Positions 29,933 through 39,751 of a stretch of 64,000 nucleotides of DNA are shown one piece after another. Positions within the stretch are counted from its first letter, which is position 1, and every line of letters begins with the position of its first letter. A program made the translations under genes and the position numbers. The notes beneath the pieces are model-generated. The model saw only the letters and a list, made by a program, of their open reading frames with translations, searched no databases and was not told the origin of the DNA. Source of the stretch: an uncultured Hyphomicrobiales bacterium (GTDB lineage: Bacteria > Bacteroidota > Ignavibacteria > Kapaibacteriales > UBA2268); the NCBI GenBank assembly GCA_964462685.1, contig CAYWYR010000014.1:10813-74812 (forward strand). The letters run 5' to 3'.

Positions 29933-30826
29933 ATGAGCAATCGGGAAAATGAATTAGAGGGTTTAGTAAACAAACTAAGCACTGATGTTGCAGAAAATCT
30001 GTTCCAGACAATACAGATTCTCGGCCAGATCGCTAATTTATCCGAGAGAAATTACGAAGGTAGCCATTCCAGATGGGTTTCTGATAAATCTGCCGAACTC
30101 GCCAGACTTCTGGGAATGAAGCGCGAGTTTATTTTCCAAGTCAAAGTTGCCGCACAGCTTCATGACATAGGAAAGGTCGCATTTAAAGACTCCGCACTAT
30201 TTAAGCACCCATCGGAGATGAGTAAAGGAGAGTATAAACAATATACCTACCATCCGGAGATCGGTGTAGAGATGCTGAAAGGCCACTCGGGTTTTAAGCA
30301 GATTTCCGACCTAATACTGCAGCATCACGAAAGGCTTGACGGTAGTGGATTCCCAAGACATCTTAAAGGAAAGGACATCCACCCCGGCGCACTGATAATC
30401 GCTGTTGTAGATACATATCACAACTACGTGTTCAAAAATACAAGATCAGATAGATATTCTGATCACAAGCAGGTAGTCCATACCAATACTACGCAGATGC
30501 TCAACGCTACGAGTGACAGGCATAAAGCAGCTATCGGTTATCTGAGCTCAAAAAAGAATACCCTGTTCGATAAAAAAGTCGTAGATGTATTCATCACTAT
30601 GATTGAGTTTGACCGTAAGGACACCCACGGTAAGACAGTCCTTCGTATCCCTGCTAATACGATAGAAGAGGGGATGATCTTTGCAGAGGATTATTATACG
30701 AATCACGGTTTACTTATAGCCTCTCGATCCGAAAAAATTACATCTGAAATGAAAAAAGCTTTAGTACGCTTTGCCGAAAACGGCGATATACCACATAAAA
30801 TTCTAGTACTTGCTGATCACGCTTAA
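29933..30826 (+). CDS. HD-GYP-type phosphohydrolase domain protein.
   Basis: HDIGKV (HD) and HHERLDGSGFP. The GYP is replaced by GFP. Confidence 0.7.
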   Translation: MSNRENELEGLVNKLSTDVAENLFQTIQILGQIANLSERNYEGSHSRWVSDKSAELARLLGMKREFIFQVKVAAQLHDIGKVAFKDSALFKHPSEMSKGEYKQYTYHPEIGVEMLKGHSGFKQISDLILQHHERLDGSGFPRHLKGKDIHPGALIIAVVDTYHNYVFKNTRSDRYSDHKQVVHTNTTQMLNATSDRHKAAIGYLSSKKNTLFDKKVVDVFITMIEFDRKDTHGKTVLRIPANTIEEGMIFAEDYYTNHGLLIASRSEKITSEMKKALVRFAENGDIPHKILVLADHA

Positions 30827-30838
30827 ACCTCTGATATT

Positions 30839-31816
30839 GTGAGTAAAGACAATCTCTTTTTTATATACGGCGAGGAACCTTTTTTTATAGACAAAAAGCG
30901 TTCTGAAATTACTTCTCAGTATATAAAAACAGATTCAGATAAATTCAACTTAGAACGGTTTGAAGGTGCCTCGCTTGATCTGAAGCGGCTGAAAAGCAGT
31001 GTTATGTCAATGCCGATGATGTCAGAAAAGCGTGTTGTGATAATTAACGGGCTTGAAGTTTTTTTCAAAGGCAAGATAGCGAAGGCAACAAAAGATGCTT
31101 GGGCGGGCTTTATCAATGATATCCCGGACTTTACTGTTCTTGTTATCGATGCACGGCTTGATAAGAAAAAATTATCATCTTTCCCTTGGAAAGACTTAAT
31201 CACTGCTTCTGTAAGCCATCACTATCCACTGCTTCGTTTTGAGAAGATTGATAGCGCTATTAAAGATATAGCAAAAGGAAAGGATCTTTCAATAGACTCT
31301 CAAATTGTTCAATATCTGAAAAATAGATATGACAGTGATTTTATGGCTATCAGCTTAGAGCTTGATAAATTGATGAACTACGCTCCAGATAAAAATGGCT
31401 TTACCTTTGAAGATGCTTCAGAGTTGCTGGATTTAGATAAGAAGTATAATCTAAATGAGCTTACTCGCAGTCTTGAAAGACGTGATAATTCAAGTGCTGT
31501 GGAAATCGTATTAGGACTTTTGAAGGTAGGGGTTGCTTTGCCTTTTGTGCTTGCTACGATGAAGAATTTTTACCTGTCGCTATTCAAATACTATGAAGCA
31601 TCAAATAGATTCTCTCAAAAAAATGAAATAGCGAGTAATACGGGTGTACCACCATTCTTTTTGAACGGCATAATATCTGCTTCAAGAAAATATAATCTTA
31701 CCGATGTAGAGAATATAATTGAGTCTTTGCTTGTTTGTGAGTTTAGGCTGAAATCGCAGCCCACCTCTCATAATAATCTTTTTATAGATACTGTGGCTAA
31801 GGTTTTAAAAGCTTAA
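30839..31816 (+). CDS. holA: DNA polymerase III delta subunit.
   Basis: 325 aa. Size and N-terminal pattern are consistent. Similarity is weak. Confidence 0.45.
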   Translation: MSKDNLFFIYGEEPFFIDKKRSEITSQYIKTDSDKFNLERFEGASLDLKRLKSSVMSMPMMSEKRVVIINGLEVFFKGKIAKATKDAWAGFINDIPDFTVLVIDARLDKKKLSSFPWKDLITASVSHHYPLLRFEKIDSAIKDIAKGKDLSIDSQIVQYLKNRYDSDFMAISLELDKLMNYAPDKNGFTFEDASELLDLDKKYNLNELTRSLERRDNSSAVEIVLGLLKVGVALPFVLATMKNFYLSLFKYYEASNRFSQKNEIASNTGVPPFFLNGIISASRKYNLTDVENIIESLLVCEFRLKSQPTSHNNLFIDTVAKVLKA

Positions 31817-31842
31817 GATGATTTATAATATCATTATCGGCA

Positions 31843-32814
31843 TTATAAATCCTCACTTATTGCATCGGAATCCTTTAATTTTTTTGACAGCTCTTCATAA
31901 TCCTCTCCCCGGTCCCTTATATTTTCAAACTCCTCATCCGATACTTCTGTTCTGATATTGGTTCCTGATATTTCTTCCTTAGTGAAAGGTTTTGGGTTGT
32001 TGTCTGCTGATGGAAAGTAATCGGTAGTCTTGTCTCTGTCTGTCATTGCTGTTTCTAAGGTAATAAGCACTCTATCGCCGTCTTTAGTTCTTACTTCTAT
32101 CGCACGAAGGTCATCGAGGTGATCTCTATGGATCAGAACTGTAACTTTGTTACCTTTTTCGCTTTTTACATCGATCTTATCAGCTATGAAAACTTTGTCG
32201 TTATTCGGCTTTATAACTTCTTTTGGGAAGTATCCACCTTTGGGCAGTTTGTTTATATCTTTTGCGATAGTAGGAAACTCCAAGAAATCCTTGAAACTAT
32301 CGTGGGCTAGATATGGCTTTTGCGGATCGAGTTTTACTTCCTCGCTCAATTGTTCTTGAAATCTTTTGCTCCTTCTTACATCTTCAGGAACTTTTAGGTA
32401 GGCTGCGAGATCAGACGGGGACAGTAACGGTTTTGATCCGCCTGATAAGCTGCTACTTGGTTTATCGTCTTTATCGGGGTCATAAGATTCAAACCCTTCA
32501 AGCAACTGTCTTCCGAATGGCTCTACATCATCTCCCGAATCATCAAAGCCGATATCTCCAAAATCATGGTCGTCGAATTCTTGACCTTCTTGAGGCAGAT
32601 CTGTATCTATTTTCTCTTGGTCAGAGTATTTGAGGCTGTTCTGTTTAGCTTCTTCGCTGCGGTTCTGCTTTGTAGTGCGCCGAGGTTTTTCCTCATTATC
32701 TATAGAAGTCAACTGTGCCCTGGGCTTTTCGGCTTCCTGTTGTTTAATCTTATCTGTATCCTGCTGCTTACTCATATCCGCCTTAATATAATTATCCAAC
32801 TGGCTAAAACTCAA
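31843..32814 (-). CDS. Acidic hypothetical protein, last gene of the recJ cluster.
   Basis: 323 aa. The N-terminal half is low-complexity and rich in D, E and K. Confidence 0.4.
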   Translation of the reverse strand: MSFSQLDNYIKADMSKQQDTDKIKQQEAEKPRAQLTSIDNEEKPRRTTKQNRSEEAKQNSLKYSDQEKIDTDLPQEGQEFDDHDFGDIGFDDSGDDVEPFGRQLLEGFESYDPDKDDKPSSSLSGGSKPLLSPSDLAAYLKVPEDVRRSKRFQEQLSEEVKLDPQKPYLAHDSFKDFLEFPTIAKDINKLPKGGYFPKEVIKPNNDKVFIADKIDVKSEKGNKVTVLIHRDHLDDLRAIEVRTKDGDRVLITLETAMTDRDKTTDYFPSADNNPKPFTKEEISGTNIRTEVSDEEFENIRDRGEDYEELSKKLKDSDAISEDL

Positions 32815-32901
32815 TGCCCATTAGCAACAGTATCAGCCATTAATTTAAAGTATTTATTTTAATTTAATATAGTGAATTATTATGCCAAAATCGATATGGT
32901 T

Positions 32902-35900
32902 TTATTCTTGGTCTTTGACTTTAAAATTCTCTATAAGTAACCTGTAGTTATTATCGAAACTAAGGATTTTCAGATTGCCTACAAGTGTAAATGAATGCCT
33001 TGCCCGTGTTATCGCAACATTAAGCTTTCTATCTATTGGCTTACTGTTTGTTGTATTTATGGTTGATGGTGATACCATCTCCATCGAATCATTTGATGTG
33101 ATCTGTTCTAATTGATCAATATCTGAAATAACGGTGCTAAGTATAATGTGGTCTCTTTCGCTGCCTTGGTAGCGTTCTACGGTATCGACTGTTATATAGG
33201 GTAGTAATTCAAGCGGAAGCATCTGCCGTATAAGCGCGCATTGCATTCTGTACGGGGCTATTATCCCAATTGAGTCATTCTTTATAGAATCCAATTTTGA
33301 GTATATCAATACAGCGATATTTACAACTGCCTCTGCTTCGCTCTTGTTTATTGTTGAATTATTGATTTCGGAAGTTATATCCTTAAAGTTTATTCCATTC
33401 AGATTTTGGGGGTTGCCTCTGTCTTCTTCATATATACTTTTGAGAGTGTTTTCGTACGATAGAAGATTTGCGGCTTTCATAATCTCATTATCCATCCGCC
33501 CTTGATAGGTAAGCATCCCTAAAATGCTTTCCCGCGTTCGGGTATCTTCCTTTTTGATCAAAGATACCATTCTCGTAAAATATGACATCCGAACATCGAT
33601 TATTGATTCGCTTTTTTCTATATCATCTAATCTATTAGAAATTTTGATAGGGGGGAGCTGTTTACTGTCTCCTATTAAAATTGTTTTCTCTATTCTGCCA
33701 AGCAATATATTCATATAATACTCAGCGATTTGCCCGGCTTCATCTACTATGGCAACATCAAAATCTATAAGTTGGAAAATATCCCTGTTTGAAATAAGGG
33801 AGGCAACGGTACTACAGTAAACCCGACAGTCTCTAACGATTCTGTAAGTTTGACGGGTACCGTATTGATCAAGTATCTCAGGGAACAAAACCTCTTTAGC
33901 TTCTGAGCTGCCTCTGGAACCATAGCGTATGATCTTATTATGATTCTCTTCACCTAAAGCCTTCATAGTAGCAACGGTAGCTTCATCTACAGCTCTGTTG
34001 GTGAATGATACGAGCAATATTTTTTTATCTGTATTGAAAAAATAATATCTCATAAGGTTTGAAATAAAATATCTGGTCTTACCGGTTCCCGGTGGCCCCT
34101 CCAAGAAGTATAATTTATTGGCGCAGATGGCCTTTTTCAGAAGTCTGTTCTGTTCTTGTGTAACATCATTGAAATCAGAAATATTAGAGCCTTCTGCATC
34201 TGCAGCAGGGGTGATCAAAGACTTAAAATCGCTTCCTGTTAACGATTCAAAATCGGGGGATTGAACGAATCTAAATGCCTCGCTGTGAAGTTTCCTGAGA
34301 GTTGAGTCGAAATAATCCTGAGCAAGAGACCATTCATCTTCCTGACCTTTAAATACAGAATAATTAATAAGCTTGTTCCTGAGAGATACCTCTATGTTTT
34401 CAGAGTTTATGCTCTTTACGGCAGCTTTAAGTACCTGGCCTTCGAACCAGTTATCGCAGTTATTATCCGGATCGTTAGTCCTGAATAGTATTATCGCATC
34501 ACCTTTTCTTATCGGGCTATCGATTATATCCGATCTTTTGAAATCGAGATAGCCTTTTTCACTCTCAATACCGGTAAGGGTTAATCCACTGATATTATTG
34601 ATAGCATCCTTATCACACCATATCGAATTATAAGATGATCTTCTATTATCAGAATATCTACCTGTCTTGCCAGCTACCATTTCTCTGGATATCTGAATTG
34701 ACGTATAATTATAATAATCTAAATTATGATCTGGCAAAACCGAGATCTGTTGCAGCACATTCTCTATTTCGGATATTGAAAACCTAGGTGCTTTTTTTAT
34801 ATATGATTTAAGTTTTCTTACAGAATTGTTTATTCCTCGGGAATGTTCGATTTCTTCGAGTACGATCATATTCCTGATAAATGCGAGTTTCTGTTTTGAT
34901 CGTAAGCTCCTTAATGTGTTCCGGAGGGGTGTACAGGAATCTTTACTATATATAATGAAATTAGAGCCTAATCTACCGGAAAAAGATGATTCCAGAAGCA
35001 TATCATAACCGATAAGCTGTGCACCGTGGGAAGGCCATACACTGTAAATTCTATCTCTTTTCTTGTTATCGGTATATTTCATTATTGAACCGATTGGCTT
35101 ACCGCCTTTCAGCTCGTAGATATCTTTGATTTTATAATCGTCCCCTTTTTCAATTAGCAGATCAAGCCTTCCTTGCAGTCCGTATTTGGTGGAAATGAAA
35201 GAGGGTTCGGCCGAGAAGTTGTATTGTCTTAGTTCTTTTATAACCTCTGAAAGATTATCATATTGGATCTTAAGTTGATCGTAGAAATACTGTTTAGTGA
35301 TATTCTCGAGTTTTGATACCGTAAAAAGCAACATCGCGTTACCTTCTATAGCTTTTGCATAAAGATTATCAAAAGATAGCGACTCGTCAAGTAGCATCTC
35401 ATCGAAAATAGTATTAATCATGCTGCCTAGAAGCATTTGAGAGCTCGGTCTGCCTATTGAGTATCTGCTTAGAACGGTATGTGTAGCTGATATATCCTTA
35501 ATATCAAAACCTTTGGCTATCTCAGATACATCGTATAGATAGTCTGGCTCAAAAACGATAATGGATTTTCTATATTCTTTTAGATTTCCTTCTGCATCTA
35601 TACTAAAAGAAAGCGCGTTGAATTTATCTCCTTTTTTAAAAGAGCGTAACTGTTTGGACCAGATGCCAGTGACTTTGAGGTTTATCGGCCGCTTATCCTG
35701 AGTCAAACATCCCAGAGTTGTCATTTCTTTACCATCTTCAAAAACAGGTTCTGAATCAACAATAAGCTGGAGATCAACTGTCTCGGTATTCTTTTCTAAT
35801 GAGTCAGCCCCTATAAGCTCCCGGAAAGTATTATCAGCGGTAATTGAGTTTTCAACAAGGGAGATTATACTTTCTCCACTTTCTGCTATGGATTCTAAAG

Positions 35901-36147
35901 TATGGCTGTCAGGTAGCTTTTGCCCGCCTGAATAATAACAGATCTTAGTGATTATATCAGATTGGGACTCATCCATACCGGATTGCTCGATCAGGTAATA
36001 GATTTTGGATAATGGGGTAGGGAAGGATATGTTCTGATTATCGGTAACTTTTGTAGCCAATACCAACAGTCGATCATATAATACTTTGACTCTCTTAAAG
36101 GGTGCAGATATATTATTCGGATAGTTTATCGAACTGGAAACTGGCAT
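32902..36147 (-). CDS. Large nuclease-helicase: an N-terminal PD-(D/E)xK-like region plus a C-terminal SF1B (Upf1/Dna2-like, AAA_11/AAA_12) helicase.
   Basis: Walker A GPPGTGKT, motif Ia VSFTNRAVDEA, Walker B AIVDEAGQI, motif III ILIGDSKQLPP, motif V RYQGSERD and motif VI VAITRARHS. Upstream (≈aa 320-350) DLLIEKGDDYKIKDIYELKGGK is a candidate D…ExK nuclease motif. Confidence 0.7.
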   Translation of the reverse strand: MPVSSSINYPNNISAPFKRVKVLYDRLLVLATKVTDNQNISFPTPLSKIYYLIEQSGMDESQSDIITKICYYSGGQKLPDSHTLESIAESGESIISLVENSITADNTFRELIGADSLEKNTETVDLQLIVDSEPVFEDGKEMTTLGCLTQDKRPINLKVTGIWSKQLRSFKKGDKFNALSFSIDAEGNLKEYRKSIIVFEPDYLYDVSEIAKGFDIKDISATHTVLSRYSIGRPSSQMLLGSMINTIFDEMLLDESLSFDNLYAKAIEGNAMLLFTVSKLENITKQYFYDQLKIQYDNLSEVIKELRQYNFSAEPSFISTKYGLQGRLDLLIEKGDDYKIKDIYELKGGKPIGSIMKYTDNKKRDRIYSVWPSHGAQLIGYDMLLESSFSGRLGSNFIIYSKDSCTPLRNTLRSLRSKQKLAFIRNMIVLEEIEHSRGINNSVRKLKSYIKKAPRFSISEIENVLQQISVLPDHNLDYYNYTSIQISREMVAGKTGRYSDNRRSSYNSIWCDKDAINNISGLTLTGIESEKGYLDFKRSDIIDSPIRKGDAIILFRTNDPDNNCDNWFEGQVLKAAVKSINSENIEVSLRNKLINYSVFKGQEDEWSLAQDYFDSTLRKLHSEAFRFVQSPDFESLTGSDFKSLITPAADAEGSNISDFNDVTQEQNRLLKKAICANKLYFLEGPPGTGKTRYFISNLMRYYFFNTDKKILLVSFTNRAVDEATVATMKALGEENHNKIIRYGSRGSSEAKEVLFPEILDQYGTRQTYRIVRDCRVYCSTVASLISNRDIFQLIDFDVAIVDEAGQIAEYYMNILLGRIEKTILIGDSKQLPPIKISNRLDDIEKSESIIDVRMSYFTRMVSLIKKEDTRTRESILGMLTYQGRMDNEIMKAANLLSYENTLKSIYEEDRGNPQNLNGINFKDITSEINNSTINKSEAEAVVNIAVLIYSKLDSIKNDSIGIIAPYRMQCALIRQMLPLELLPYITVDTVERYQGSERDHIILSTVISDIDQLEQITSNDSMEMVSPSTINTTNSKPIDRKLNVAITRARHSFTLVGNLKILSFDNNYRLLIENFKVKDQE

Positions 36148-36156
36148 AAAAAAATA

Positions 36157-37875
36157 TCAGTCCTGATGCTTTACGTCACCACTTTCAGGCTTTATATCTC
36201 TGATAAATATCTGAGGAAGTGAAGAACCGTTATAATTACTCATCTCTAAATTATAAATAATGGAGAATTTCTTTCCGTTTTGGCAGTATTTAGCTTTATC
36301 TGCCATATTGAAGCCTATAGCATCAATAACAAAGTTGTTTTGCTTTGCTCGGAATTTGATATTGTTATGCCCAATTATCTTTACTCCGTTTGTAGCTGTC
36401 ACATTAGCTGTATAGAATACCGGTTTGGGATTGTCGTATCCAAAAGGAGCCATTTTATTAAGGCTTTTGAAAAACACTGGAGAAAGCTCATTCAAGTTTA
36501 GCTTGGTATCTATTTCGATCTCAGGCTGTAACATGTCCTCGGTGATTACTTTACTCGCTTCGCCGTCAAAGATCTCTCGGAAATCATCAACATTCTGTTC
36601 TTCCATAGTAAGTCCGGCAGCGTGTTTGTGCCCACCATACTCGAACATCAAGCTATGGGCTTTTCGCATAGCATCATATACATTGAAGTTCCTAGTGCTA
36701 CGGGCAGAGCCTTTTGCCATACCGTCGATTGATGTCATAAGTACGGTTGGTACATTGAATCTGTCAACCAATCTGGAGGCGACTATCCCTATAATCCCGG
36801 GATGCCAGTCTGGATAGTGGATCACAAGAGATTTACGGCCTTCGGCAAGTTGCTTTTCAGCCATCGGTATAGCTTCGCCCAGGGTGTCGTGATCAAATAC
36901 CCGGCGTTTTCGGTTTTCATCTTCCAGTTGCTGGGCTATATGGAAGGACGAGATATCATTATCCTGGACCAACATATCGACCGCACGCATCGGATCGCCC
37001 ATACGGCCAGCCGCATTGATGATAGGTGCCAAGTTATATACTATATTTGCTGCGGTGATAGCCCCAGGCTTAAGCCTTGTGCAGTAAATAAGGCCTTGAA
37101 GGCCGGCTCTCGGGTTCTTATTTATCTTTTTAAGGCCGTGATATACCATTATCCTATTCTCATCCACTAGCGGTACCATATCGGCTATAGCAGATAACGC
37201 TACCAGATCGAGGAATTGATAAGCATCTTCATCCCTGCCGAGATGTTTGTAAACTGCCTGTATCATCTTGAAAACCACACCGCAGGCCGATAGCGATTTG
37301 AAAGGATACTCGTCGTCATCCTGTATAGGGTCAAGTATGCAATATATATCAGGGAGGCCGCCAGCAGTCTGGTGGTGATCGCATATTATAGCGTCTATAC
37401 CTAGCTCTTTGGCATATTTTAGCTGCTCGTGTGCCGTTATTCCAACATCTACTGAGATAAGGAGTGTACAACCAGCTTCTTTCGCTTTGTCGATACTCGC
37501 AAAGGAAAGGCCGAAACCGTATTTGAAACGGTCGGGTATGAAAAACTGAGCATCAATGCCGAGTTCTAATAGGAATAGCAGAGCCAAGGAGGTAGAAGAA
37601 ACCCCGTCAACATCGTAGTCGCCGTGTATCCAAACCTTTTCGCCGCTTACACGTGCCTGCATAATTCTCTCGACTGCCTTTTCCATGTTGAGCATGAGAA
37701 AGGGGTCGTGCAAATCTTGCAGTCTGGGTTTGAAGAACGATTGGGCTATTTCTAGCTTATCAATCCCTCTAACCGACAGAACGCTGGCGATTGTTTTAGG
37801 TACTTTTAGTGTCTTTGATAGCTGACTTGTTTTTTCATCTTCCGGTTGGCGTTTAAGTAACCAACGATTGTTCAA
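36157..37875 (-). CDS. recJ: Single-stranded-DNA-specific exonuclease RecJ.
   Basis: DHH motifs (HGDYDVDGVSS…, DHH) and DHHA1. 572 aa. Confidence 0.85.
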   Translation of the reverse strand: MNNRWLLKRQPEDEKTSQLSKTLKVPKTIASVLSVRGIDKLEIAQSFFKPRLQDLHDPFLMLNMEKAVERIMQARVSGEKVWIHGDYDVDGVSSTSLALLFLLELGIDAQFFIPDRFKYGFGLSFASIDKAKEAGCTLLISVDVGITAHEQLKYAKELGIDAIICDHHQTAGGLPDIYCILDPIQDDDEYPFKSLSACGVVFKMIQAVYKHLGRDEDAYQFLDLVALSAIADMVPLVDENRIMVYHGLKKINKNPRAGLQGLIYCTRLKPGAITAANIVYNLAPIINAAGRMGDPMRAVDMLVQDNDISSFHIAQQLEDENRKRRVFDHDTLGEAIPMAEKQLAEGRKSLVIHYPDWHPGIIGIVASRLVDRFNVPTVLMTSIDGMAKGSARSTRNFNVYDAMRKAHSLMFEYGGHKHAAGLTMEEQNVDDFREIFDGEASKVITEDMLQPEIEIDTKLNLNELSPVFFKSLNKMAPFGYDNPKPVFYTANVTATNGVKIIGHNNIKFRAKQNNFVIDAIGFNMADKAKYCQNGKKFSIIYNLEMSNYNGSSLPQIFIRDIKPESGDVKHQD

Positions 37876-38024
37876 TACAAAATAATGGACTATTTAACAT
37901 ATTGCGAGCAATATACTAAAAAACTGTGGATATATTGTGATGGTGTGGAAATTATTACACATATTTACGTTATTAACTGTGATATCTTCTAAAAAACACT
38001 TTAGAACCAATTTTTCCGGTGTAA

Positions 38025-39047
38025 ATGCCTAAACAAGATTCAGCCAAACAGAAACCGATCAGGAAAACCAAGACCTCCAACAAGAGAACATTGTTAAAGA
38101 AAGAAGGCCAAGTCCCTAAAGAAGCCGAGTATGGTAGGCTGATAGCTAATGTAGGCACTACCAACCTTGTAAGGGCTAAAAGCGGTGCCATTATCGAGTG
38201 TTATTTGGGCGGTACAGTTATCACACCCCATGCGGAAAGCAATATAGTTGCCGTAGGCGACTGGGTCTGGTATCTGGAGGATGATTATTCCGAAGCGGAC
38301 GGCGAAGGTGAGGCAAGAGCCAGGATCCTGAAAGTTCAAGAACGCAAGACCAAGTTTTCCCGCAAACACGCACATTTCAACACCCGAGAACAGGTTCTTG
38401 CTTCCAATCTTGATAATGTCATGATATTTTCGGCAACGATGGATCCCGATTATAACAAAAAACTGATTGACAGATACCTTGTGGCATGCGAGATAGGGGA
38501 GGTAAACCCGATGATATGCATAAACAAGATAGACCTACTGGACGAGGATCTTGTTATGGAGGATCTGGCTGCGTATGATGATCTCGGATACGAAGTCTAT
38601 ATGCTATCCGCCGAGACCGGGGATGGTATCGATGAGATTTTGGATAAGATACAAGGAGAGATCACACTGCTTTCTGGCCCCAGCGGTGCGGGAAAGTCGT
38701 CTTTCCTTAATACCGTTCTGGGCGGTGATTACCAAGATGTGGGAGAAGTATCCGAACGTAGCGGCAAAGGAATGCATACTACCTCCTCCAGCCGGCTTTT
38801 CGACCTCGGGGAGGATACATACCTAATTGATTCGCCCGGCATTAGAGAGCTTGCTGTTTGGGGTATTGAAGAGGGCGAGCTGCAGCTCTACTTCCACGAT
38901 TTCGATGAGTACAAAGAGCATTGCAAGTTTGCGACCTGTTCCCACGTTCACGAGCCAGGGTGTGCTGTAATAGCGGCAGTGGAATCCGAGGATATAGACC
39001 CCGAGAGGTATGCCAGCTACCTAAGCTTTTTGGATACTTTAGGGTGA
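38025..39047 (+). CDS. rsgA: Ribosome small-subunit-dependent GTPase A (RsgA/YjeQ) with a basic N-terminal extension.
   Basis: Circularly permuted GTPase motifs (NKIDL…, GPSGAGKSSF) and C-terminal zinc-finger residues C…C.H.H.…C. Confidence 0.85.
   Translation: MPKQDSAKQKPIRKTKTSNKRTLLKKEGQVPKEAEYGRLIANVGTTNLVRAKSGAIIECYLGGTVITPHAESNIVAVGDWVWYLEDDYSEADGEGEARARILKVQERKTKFSRKHAHFNTREQVLASNLDNVMIFSATMDPDYNKKLIDRYLVACEIGEVNPMICINKIDLLDEDLVMEDLAAYDDLGYEVYMLSAETGDGIDEILDKIQGEITLLSGPSGAGKSSFLNTVLGGDYQDVGEVSERSGKGMHTTSSSRLFDLGEDTYLIDSPGIRELAVWGIEEGELQLYFHDFDEYKEHCKFATCSHVHEPGCAVIAAVESEDIDPERYASYLSFLDTLG
38946..39033. repeat. Direct repeat copy 1, the authentic rsgA 3' end. This is the left border of the island.
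   Basis: About 84% identical to 44635-44722 by eye. Confidence 0.6.
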
Positions 39048-39298
39048 GGCTATAAAAAATGTCCGTGTTAGTTGTAAAAATTCATTCAAGCCATTAGCGG
39101 TTTTATCTTTAATTCTATTCTACTATAAACTCAAAGCTGGTTGTAGCTGTTTCTTTGATTGAGCTTTTTAATCTAAGCACGCACTTTCTGCCACAGTTAC
39201 TTTTGAATTACCTTTTTATAAAATAAATATATAAAATTAGTTATATTAAAGGTAAAAAGGGTGTTTATAGTAGTGATAATCCAACTAATTTCACGAAT

Positions 39299-39529
39299 TT
39301 GTGTACAGTCTATCCTAATCCTGCTCAAGATAAACTAACTGTTAATATTGACGGGCATGGCAGTACTATAAGAACGTCTTTTTCTAGCTTAGATGGACGT
39401 ATTATCTATGATGGTTTTCACAAAGAAGGGTCAGTTATTGATATAGCTAACCTTCCTCATGGAATTTATGTCATATTGATAGATTACAATAACAACACAA
39501 TCCGTAAGATTGTGTCAATCCATAAGTAA
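39299..39529 (+). pseudogene. Orphan T9SS C-terminal sorting domain (Por_Secre_tail type A) with no cargo domain.
   Basis: VYPNPAQDKLTVNIDGHGSTIRTSFSSLDGRIIYDGF…IANLPHGIYVILIDYNNNTIRKIVSIHK matches the ~75-aa CTD consensus. Only 76 codons are open. Confidence 0.55.
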
Positions 39530-39538
39530 TTCAAGGAC

Positions 39539-39566
39539 AGCCGGTTATGAAAATAGCCGGCTTTTA
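39539..39566 (+). terminator. Possible weak terminator.
   Basis: agccgg…ccggct hairpin followed by TTTTAT. Confidence 0.3.
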
Positions 39567-39751
39567 TATAAAATGAAAAAAGCTCTCATAATACTTATAA
39601 TTGCATACTTGCCTATATCGCTAATTCCATAGTAGATAGGCAAACACCTAACGTTGGTAATTTTAATACTGTATCACACAGCAACTCCTATAATGCTATT
39701 AGCCGTTTCTTCCCAGAATTAGATCAGATAGTAAGGACTGATGGTAACAAA

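Noticed and set aside
36280-37170. Plus-strand ORFs opposite recJ, and similar ORFs opposite the helicase (33524-33718, 34826-35008).
   Set aside because: Shadow ORFs within strongly supported genes.
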